The notes beneath the pieces were generated by a model that made no database searches, was not told the DNA's origin, and saw only the letters and a program-made list of their open reading frames with translations. A program made the position numbers and the translations under genes. A stretch of DNA of 32,000 nucleotides, from contig PQXB01000001.1 in the NCBI GenBank assembly GCA_003194425.1, positions 1,155,125-1,187,124 of the forward strand. Reading direction: 5' to 3'. Source of the stretch: Candidatus Methanophagaceae archaeon (GTDB lineage: Archaea > Halobacteriota > Syntropharchaeia > Alkanophagales > Methanospirareceae). Positions 25,990 through 32,000 of this stretch are shown in pieces. Every line of letters starts with the position of its first letter. The stretch's first letter is position 1.

Positions 25990-27965
25990 GACTCGCCAAC
26001 CAACTCCTCAATATTTCGGTACCCCCCAGCCGCCAGAAACCGCTTTAAATCATTCTTCAACCGCGAGAAAATCCCAAACCCTCCGCCAGCTCCGCTACTA
26101 CTCACTAACGCACTCCCCACCTGAAAGAGACTCGCACCGTTCTTCGCGTACTCCACGACGTCTTTAGCGGAAAAAATACCGCCCACCGCAAAGACAGGAA
26201 TTTTTAACTCCTTGTAGAGAGCGAAGACGACGCTTTTACCGCCAACCGTCAGGTCTGCACCCGATTTCCCACCGTAGCCCGTTGGGTTGCCCAAAAAAGG
26301 AATCTCGAGCGTAGGCTCTAGTGGTCTGGAAATTACAGTGTTAACAGCGGTGATCGCGTCGGCACCCGCCCTCTCCGCAGTCAGTGCCAGCCCCGCGGGG
26401 TCGCCGACATTTGGCGAGATTTTTACTGCGAGCGGAACGCCTTTCGGCTCTGCAACGGCTCGCACCGCTCTTACAATTTTTGTCAGCAGTTTCGGGTCGT
26501 TCTCGACCGCGACGAAGTCCGAGTGCGGGCAGGAAGCGTTGAACTCGAGCATTTCTACAGCTGCAGGGGCAGGGGGGACAGAGAGTTCAACCGCGGTCTT
26601 CGCCACTTCTCGGCACTCCTCCACGCTCCTGCCAAAAATGCTCAGCACCAACGGCACCTCCGCAGCCGCGGTCTTAAACTCCACTACCTCCGCGCCGTAA
26701 TTTCTTATCCCTGGATTCGGAAGTCCCATCGCGTTCACGTAGTTGTGCAAGCCACGCGGGGACGACGGGAGTTCAAAGAAAGTGGGGTTGGGGTAGCCCT
26801 CGCGCTCCGCCAGCCCGACCGACTTCGTTACTACCGCTCCCGCACCCGCCACCGCGTACCTGTAAAGCAGCCTCCCGCTCAAGCCGAACCCCGCTGCGTT
26901 CGCAAGTGGGTTGGGAAACTTAATTCCGCAGACCTCGGTCTTCAAGAGCGGTTCGTCTTCGGGCGTGAAATGCGGAGGAGGAGGAGGGGGGAGTGGAGGA
27001 GGGAGTGGAGGAGGGAGTGGAGGAGAAGAAGGAGGAGGCGGAATTGAAAACAACTCGTTTGGAGCAGGCGGGTGAACCGGAACCCTTTTACCGCTCCTCT
27101 CCCGTCGCCACCTGCCAAACTCTGTCTTTTCCAACTGAACCGCGTCGAAGACTGGGCCGTCTTTGCAGACCCTGTACCCCCCGAGGTCGCAAGACCCGCA
27201 AGCACCGCAGCTGCATTTTACAATTCGCTCCACCGAGACCTGTGTAGGAATTCGCTCCCTCCTTGCAATTTCGCAAACACGCGCCAGCATCAACTCAGGA
27301 CCGCACGCCAAGATCTGCTCAAATCTCTCTCCTGACGCCAGCACTTCCTCCAACAACTCCGTAACCAAGCCCCTGTAACTGTTTTTGTAACTGTAACCGC
27401 AACCAGGACTGCGAGAGCCGTCCTCAGTGGCGACCTTGACCTCACACCCGAGTTCGGAAAATTCCTTCAAATACAAAAGGTCTGCACTACTCTTCGCACC
27501 TTCCAAGACCACCACTTCTTGCCCCAATTCTCTCGCTCTCCGTGCTGCGAACCGCAGCGGTGCCGCTCCGTAGCCGCCTGCAACCACGCAAATCCTCCCT
27601 TCGCTCCTCCCTTCGCTCCTCCCTTCGCTCCCTCCGTGCCCGTGCAGTGCGAACCCCCTACCGTAAGGACCTCTCAAGCCCACCAAATCCCCGACCTGTT
27701 TTTGATGCAAACTGTGCGTGCAGTCGCCGACATCTGCGATCGCGACCTCCACTTCTCCTGCTTCTTCTCCTTCACCTGAAGGCGTCGCACCAGCGTCCGC
27801 AACCGAGATCGGAATCTCGTCTACCCCCGGATTCCAAACCATCACGAACTGACCCGGTTCGCTCTCTCGAGCAATCTCGTCCGAGCGAAACTTAAATATC
27901 TTTACTTCTCGGCTCGCTCTTTTTACCGCCACTATTTTGTGCAGCCTCGGAATGTTGAATGTCAT
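25977..27965 (-). CDS. pyrK-pyrD: Fused dihydroorotate dehydrogenase 1B: electron-transfer subunit (PyrK) plus catalytic subunit (PyrD) in one ORF
   Basis: 662 aa. Residues 1 to about 300 are PyrK ('PGQFVMVWNPGVDEIPISV' and the 2Fe-2S motif 'CSCGACGSCDLGGYRVCKDGPVF'). Residues about 345-662 are PyrD ('CGIKFPNPLANAAGFG', 'EFNASCPH', 'GGKSG', 'VGGI'). They are joined by a Pro-rich linker 'PPPPSSPPLPPPLPPPLPPPPPPH' encoded by a 12-nt tandem repeat. Confidence 0.85.
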   Translation of the reverse strand: MTFNIPRLHKIVAVKRASREVKIFKFRSDEIARESEPGQFVMVWNPGVDEIPISVADAGATPSGEGEEAGEVEVAIADVGDCTHSLHQKQVGDLVGLRGPYGRGFALHGHGGSEGRSEGRSEGRICVVAGGYGAAPLRFAARRARELGQEVVVLEGAKSSADLLYLKEFSELGCEVKVATEDGSRSPGCGYSYKNSYRGLVTELLEEVLASGERFEQILACGPELMLARVCEIARRERIPTQVSVERIVKCSCGACGSCDLGGYRVCKDGPVFDAVQLEKTEFGRWRRERSGKRVPVHPPAPNELFSIPPPPSSPPLPPPLPPPLPPPPPPHFTPEDEPLLKTEVCGIKFPNPLANAAGFGLSGRLLYRYAVAGAGAVVTKSVGLAEREGYPNPTFFELPSSPRGLHNYVNAMGLPNPGIRNYGAEVVEFKTAAAEVPLVLSIFGRSVEECREVAKTAVELSVPPAPAAVEMLEFNASCPHSDFVAVENDPKLLTKIVRAVRAVAEPKGVPLAVKISPNVGDPAGLALTAERAGADAITAVNTVISRPLEPTLEIPFLGNPTGYGGKSGADLTVGGKSVVFALYKELKIPVFAVGGIFSAKDVVEYAKNGASLFQVGSALVSSSGAGGGFGIFSRLKNDLKRFLAAGGYRNIEELVGESHRR
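26973..27040. repeat. 12-nt tandem repeat x3 (gagtggaggagg) within a purine-rich tract, encodes the PPPL-rich PyrK-PyrD linker
   Basis: Units lie at 26991, 27003 and 27015, flanked by (gga/ggg) runs. Confidence 0.95.
27593..27628. repeat. 12-nt perfect tandem repeat x3 (tcctcccttcgc), encodes (GRSE)3 in the PyrK part
   Basis: Units lie at 27593, 27605 and 27617. Confidence 0.97.
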
Positions 27966-27966
27966 T

Positions 27967-29874
27967 TCAGACCTCCTTTCCTCTAAGAAGCGACCGCCTG
28001 CGGCAGTGCTCCCTCACAATGTCCGACCTGCTGATTATTCCTACCAACTCCTTCTCACCTTCTTCTCCTCCGCCCTTCACCACTGGCAACCGCCCGATAT
28101 TGTAAGTATTCATTTTGTACAAAACCTCTTCCAAAAACTCGTCCGGATACGCCACCACAACCTCCTGCTTGCAGACTTGCTTTACTTGCCTGTTCCCCGC
28201 CCCCGCCTCTCTCTGCTTCTCCAAATCCATCACACTCGTTATTCCTATCATTTTCTTTCCTGCTCCTGTTCCTCCTGCTCCTGTTCCTCCTGCTCCTGTT
28301 CCTCCTGTTCCTCCTGCTCCTGCCTCCGCGTCAACAACCGGGAACGAAATGTGCCCAGTCTCCTCCGCAAAAAGAATCCCCTCCTCAACCGTCTTCTCCC
28401 CAGAAATCGTCAACACCTCCTTCGTGCAAGCGTCCTTCACTTTTATCCCCTCCAGAATGTCCTCCACAAATTCTCGCCTGTGTGCCTGCGACTCTCTCCT
28501 CGTCGTCTCCTGCTTCTCGTAAATCGTCACTTCCCCAGAAAGAGTGTAAGCCACCGCCGAAGTGAGCATCAAAGGCACCAGGAGGCTGTAACTCCCTGCC
28601 ATCTCGGAAATCATCAGAATCGCAGCAATCGGCACCTTCGCCACGCCCGAGAAGAACGCTGCCATTCCTACGAGCACAAACGCCGAGACCGTCAGCTCGG
28701 TTACTACCTGCGGGAAGAAGAGGTGGAACAGGCCGCCGAAGAAACCGCCCAACATCGCTCCAATCACGAGCGAGGGTGCAAACACGCCTCCGCTACCACC
28801 CGAGCCAATCGTAAACGAAGTCGCAAAAATCTTGACAACCGCAACCACAAGCATCAAAACCAGCAACTCGCCGAGCGGCAGTTCTTGGCTCAGGGCAGAC
28901 TGAACGAAGCCGTAGCCCGCCCCGAGAACCCCGTCCAACGCTCGCGGTCTCCAAGAGCCGACTGCCAACGCAACCGCACCGACCAACACCCCGCCAAGAG
29001 CGGGCTTCAAGTGTCTCGGAACTTTCAGCCTCTTGAAAACATCCCGCAACCCGTAAAATACTTTCACATAAAAAATCCCTACCACCGCACAGACCACGCC
29101 CAGCAGGGCGTAAAAAACCAGTTCGTAGGGGTGTCTAAAAATGTAGGGCTGAGTCGCAAAAATCGGTCCCCAGCCAACGCCGGGAAACGAGCAGAAGACT
29201 GAATAGGCAACCACTGAAGACACAACCGCGGGAACCATCGATTCCATTTCAAAATCCCGCTTGTACAAGACTTCAATCCCGAACAACGCCCCGCCTAGAG
29301 GTGCTTTAAAAATCGCACCGACGCCCGCTGCAGCACCGCAAATCATCATCGCCCGCCGCTCACGCTCGTCCAACTTCAGCCAACCCGCCAAGAACGACCC
29401 AAAACCCGCACCGATTTGTGCAGTTGGTCCCTCCCTACCCGCGCTTCCGCCCGAGCCAATCGTGACTGCAGACGCCAGTGTCTTGACCAGCGGCACGCGT
29501 TTTCTTATTTCGCCTTTCTTGTTGTGAAACGCGTCGATTACAGCGTCCGTTCCGTGCCCTTCTGACTCGGGAGCGAAAGTGTAAATTAGCAAGCCTGCGA
29601 GGAGACCGCCGACTGCAGGAACCGCAGCAAGCACCCACAAACGGAACGGTCTCTCGACAGTCTCGACAGGTAACAGCAGAGCACCAGAAACGCCTGATTC
29701 ACCAGCCGGCGAGGAGGGGTAGTAGCCAGCGAGGTAGCCCTGAAAGAACACGCCCGTAGCTTGCAGGAGCAAAAAAAAGGCAACCGCACCGAGCCCTGCC
29801 ACTACTCCGATCACAACGCTCCAGAGAACCCACTGCTGTAAGTGTCGCAGTTCACTCGTGCCGTGTTTTTTCAT
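27967..29874 (-). CDS. ClC-family voltage-gated chloride channel/antiporter with C-terminal CBS pair
   Basis: 635 aa. Selectivity motifs 'GSGGSAGREGPTAQIG' and 'GGVFAPSLVIGA' are present. The C-terminal CBS-like repeats are interrupted by a (GAGGT)n insert. Confidence 0.9.
   Translation of the reverse strand: MKKHGTSELRHLQQWVLWSVVIGVVAGLGAVAFFLLLQATGVFFQGYLAGYYPSSPAGESGVSGALLLPVETVERPFRLWVLAAVPAVGGLLAGLLIYTFAPESEGHGTDAVIDAFHNKKGEIRKRVPLVKTLASAVTIGSGGSAGREGPTAQIGAGFGSFLAGWLKLDERERRAMMICGAAAGVGAIFKAPLGGALFGIEVLYKRDFEMESMVPAVVSSVVAYSVFCSFPGVGWGPIFATQPYIFRHPYELVFYALLGVVCAVVGIFYVKVFYGLRDVFKRLKVPRHLKPALGGVLVGAVALAVGSWRPRALDGVLGAGYGFVQSALSQELPLGELLVLMLVVAVVKIFATSFTIGSGGSGGVFAPSLVIGAMLGGFFGGLFHLFFPQVVTELTVSAFVLVGMAAFFSGVAKVPIAAILMISEMAGSYSLLVPLMLTSAVAYTLSGEVTIYEKQETTRRESQAHRREFVEDILEGIKVKDACTKEVLTISGEKTVEEGILFAEETGHISFPVVDAEAGAGGTGGTGAGGTGAGGTGAGKKMIGITSVMDLEKQREAGAGNRQVKQVCKQEVVVAYPDEFLEEVLYKMNTYNIGRLPVVKGGGEEGEKELVGIISRSDIVREHCRRRSLLRGKEV
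28259..28327. repeat. 15-nt tandem repeat x3 plus partial copies (cctgctcctgttcct), encodes GAGGTGGTGAGGTGAGGTGAG in the ClC CBS region
   Basis: Perfect units lie at 28259, 28274 and 28289, followed by 9-nt and 15-nt variants. Confidence 0.95.
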
Positions 29875-29933
29875 TTTCTTAATTTTGTCCCTGTCGTAAT
29901 AAAAAATATTTGCGAAGAGAAGACGAAGAAAAA

Positions 29934-30893
29934 ATGAAATGCAGTAAACGGGGCTGTCAGAAGCCTGCGGTCGTTTACCAAAAATACTCAGGGCTGCACC
30001 TCTGCGAAGAGCATCTCGTCGAAGATGTGGAGCGGAGGGCGAAGAAGGAGATGCGGAAGCGGTTGATGGTCGAGCGCGGGGACAGAATCGCGGTGGCGTT
30101 GAGCGGTGGCAAGGACAGCTCCGCCCTTCTGCACCTACTAAAGAAGATTTTTAAGAGCCGCAGCGATTTGAAGTTCTTTGCGGTTGCGGTGGACGAGGGG
30201 ATTGGGGGCAAGGGCTTTGAAGGATTTCGTGCGGCGACGCTGCGAAACGCAGAGGCGGTAGCGAAGCGGGAGGGCGTCCCGCTTTACACATTCTCGTTTG
30301 AGCAGGAGTTTGGTTTCTCGGTGGACGAGGTCGCGGCGAGAGGGTTCGAGCAGGCACCGTGCACTTTTTGCGGCGTCCTGCGTCGGCGGATTTTGGAAAC
30401 GAAAGCGCGTGAGTTGGAGGCTACGAAGGTTGCGACTGCTCACAACCTGGACGACGAGGCTCAAACCGTTTTAATAAATTTTGTGCGTGGCGACTGGGTG
30501 CGGTTGGCGAGGCTGGAGGGGGGAGGAGGAGGAAAAAGACGGCGAGCAGAGTTCGTTCCGCGAATTAAGCCTTTACGGAGCGTTCCCGAGAAAGAGGTCG
30601 CACTCTACGCGCTCGCAGTCGGACTGCCACTGGTCTCGCTGGTCTCCGCTCACTGCCCCTACGCCGCACGCTCGTTCAGGCACACCGCGAAGAAAATGCT
30701 GAACGAGTTTGAAAGGAGGCACCCGGGAACGAAGTTCTCTTTGGTGCGGGGCTACGAGCGGCTGTCGGAGTTTTTGCCGACAGCAGCAGCGGAGCAGCAG
30801 CCGAGTAAGAGGCTTTTGCGGTGCGTGCGCTGCGGAGAGGCGTCAGCGTCGCGAATCTGCAAAGCGTGCGAGATTGTTGAGCGGATGAAATGA
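29934..30893 (+). CDS. TtuA/NcsA-like PP-loop tRNA 2-thiolation ATPase
   Basis: It has an N-terminal Zn finger 'CSKRGC...LCEEH', the PP-loop 'AVALSGGKDSSALL', 'CTFCGVLRR' and a C-terminal 'CVRCGE...CKAC'. The start was set at the ATG at 29934; the ORF-track start at 29910 is a TTG. Confidence 0.85.
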   Translation: MKCSKRGCQKPAVVYQKYSGLHLCEEHLVEDVERRAKKEMRKRLMVERGDRIAVALSGGKDSSALLHLLKKIFKSRSDLKFFAVAVDEGIGGKGFEGFRAATLRNAEAVAKREGVPLYTFSFEQEFGFSVDEVAARGFEQAPCTFCGVLRRRILETKARELEATKVATAHNLDDEAQTVLINFVRGDWVRLARLEGGGGGKRRRAEFVPRIKPLRSVPEKEVALYALAVGLPLVSLVSAHCPYAARSFRHTAKKMLNEFERRHPGTKFSLVRGYERLSEFLPTAAAEQQPSKRLLRCVRCGEASASRICKACEIVERMK

Positions 30894-30904
30894 GGAAAAA
30901 TGTA

Positions 30905-31674
30905 TCAGGTTTTGTTTCGTCTCTTAATCCGCGGATAAACAATAATCCCTACCGGCACCGAAATCAAAACTCCGATTACCACCCACCCTCCAACGCCCGC
31001 GTTGGCTAATCGGACCGCAATAATCTCCTCTTCCTCTCCCGCCCGAACCTCAAACAAATACGGAACGACCTCTGTCATAAAATCTTTGGTGTAGTTGAGT
31101 GTCCCGGCCCAAAGAGCCTTTTAGCGGTGCCATCGAGGAGACACGAATCATTGTAAATGTGTCTGCAGCGAGCGGGTTGTCTTTTACATAAAAATACAGG
31201 ACTACTCTACGCTCTGTGATTTTTCCTCCCGATTCTTTGAAGACCACCAGCCTCTTGGCAGAGATTGAGCCGTTGAAACAGCCTAACTCCTCCTTTCTAC
31301 TCTCCCAACTGGCGAAGAGTGGTTTGCTCGCCCAACTCGCATTTGAGACCGGGATTTCCTCGGTTGTCTCCTCTTCGATCTCGTAGCCCAGTGCCGGGTA
31401 GCAGACGATTGGCGGGTGGAAACTTGAGCGGTTCCGGCTTTTTGCATAATGAGCAAAAACACCGGCTGGTAGGCACTTGGATGAGAATAGTCACGGGAAA
31501 GCACCACGTCTGCTCCCAACTGCCCCGAAAGCGTTGATTTGTTGTAGCTGCCCACGCTGTGCCAGTCGGCGATTTCTGTCGGGAATGCCTGCACGTGTGT
31601 GCTGTTGCCGTCTCGTGCCCTGACGCGTAGGAAAGTTCGGTTTCAATTACGGAGATTTGTTTGGCGAGAATCAT
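30905..31674 (-). pseudogene. Probable frameshifted gene for a C-terminally membrane-anchored (surface?) protein
   Basis: Plausible protein-like sequence hops between three frames. It runs from 31674 ('MILAKQISVIETELSYASGHE') to a second frame ('AFPTEIADWHSVGSYNKSTLSGQLGADVVLSRDYSHPSAYQPVFLLIMQKAG'). It then moves to a third frame ('HPPIVCYPALGYEIEEETTEEIPVSNASWASKPLF...VVFKESGGKITERRVVLYFYVKDNPLAADTFTMIRVSSMAP'). It ends in a 57-aa ORF at 30905-31078 not in the ORF track ('MTEVVPYLFEVRAGEEEEIIAVRLANAGVGGWVVIGVLISVPVGIIVYPRIKRRNKT*', a TM helix plus basic tail). Confidence 0.4.
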
Positions 31675-31701
31675 TAAATGAGGAGATTCGCTGACGAAAA
31701 A

Positions 31702-32000
31702 CTAAAAGAATTCTCTTCTCCTCCTCAAAAGATACGCCACGCCCAAAAGTCCGAACACTGCGAGAGAAGTCTCGAATCCTGGAACTTTCTTTTGCGGTGT
31801 TGGCGTCGTCGGCGTGGTGGTAGGCGTTGCTACTGCTGTTGGCGTTGTTGGTTGTGCTGGAGTTACCGTCGGTGTCAGCGTCAGTGCAGGTGAAGGAGTT
31901 GGCGTCGGCGTTACCGCTGCCTCTTCTTTTGCCTTACCCGGATAGTCGCTCGCGTCCTTCCAGTCCGTCTCCGCAAGAATCTCGTCCACATCGCTTACTC
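31702..32000 (-). CDS. C-terminal end of a secreted surface protein with Thr/Pro-rich linker and PGF-CTERM archaeosortase signal (partial; continues beyond window)
   Basis: The C-terminus 'KKVPGFETSLAVFGLLGVAYLLRRRREFF*' is a PGF motif plus TM helix plus Arg-rich tail. It is preceded by 'TPTPTPSPALTLTPTVTPAQPTTPTAVATPTTTPTTPTPQ'. The frame stays open upstream to the window edge. Confidence 0.65.
   Translation of the reverse strand, partial: VSDVDEILAETDWKDASDYPGKAKEEAAVTPTPTPSPALTLTPTVTPAQPTTPTAVATPTTTPTTPTPQKKVPGFETSLAVFGLLGVAYLLRRRREFF

Noticed and set aside
27937-29202. 421-aa plus-strand ORF.
   Set aside because: It lies entirely antisense to the well-supported ClC channel gene. The translation is Arg/Ser/His/Leu/Cys-rich low complexity with no recognisable motif. 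This is a typical shadow ORF in GC-rich DNA.
30676-30942. 88-aa minus-strand ORF overlapping the 3' end of the TtuA-like gene.
   Set aside because: It is antisense to a well-supported gene, Arg/Ala/Ser-rich, and has no motif. It is a shadow ORF.

Overview
The window looks like a gene-dense archaeal chromosomal segment, roughly 55-60% GC by eye. All calls below rest on motif recognition in the supplied ORF translations and on reading the DNA; no homology search, folding or repeat-finding program was run.

The gene set points to a euryarchaeon of the methanogen/Archaeoglobi type: DNA gyrase, SepCysS, an H4MPT-associated ASKHA protein, RaSEA and a PGF-CTERM surface protein.

Housekeeping content:
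- gyrB-gyrA, carA, and a single-ORF pyrK-pyrD fusion
- SepCysS and a CbiA/CfbB-type a,c-diamide synthase
- Trm5, Tsr3, RaSEA, archease and a TtuA-like PP-loop thiolase
- a ClC channel with CBS domains and several membrane proteins
- tRNA-Leu(CAG) and tRNA-Arg(GCG)

Accessory content is three DNA-modification modules carrying four methyltransferases:
- a methyltransferase fused to an Mrr-like nuclease, at the left edge of the window
- an AT-richer SPPY-methyltransferase plus PD-(D/E)xK nuclease pair, wedged with overlapping stop/start codons into a long co-directional host gene string (9273-11443)
- a strongly AT-rich island of about 3.8 kb (about 18.9-22.65 kb) abutting tRNA-Leu, encoding a Zn-ribbon-containing methyltransferase, a Dam-family methyltransferase and a 430-aa PD-(D/E)xK nuclease

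The most unusual signal is pervasive. Almost every conserved gene carries one or more perfect or near-perfect in-frame short tandem repeats, predominantly of 12-nt period, that encode low-complexity inserts. One such array forms the linker of the pyrK-pyrD fusion.

Other items worth a second look:
- a 532-bp intergenic region with a 93-nt purine tract and two plus-strand terminator-like elements, which may hold small RNAs
- a multiply frameshifted surface-protein gene at the right end
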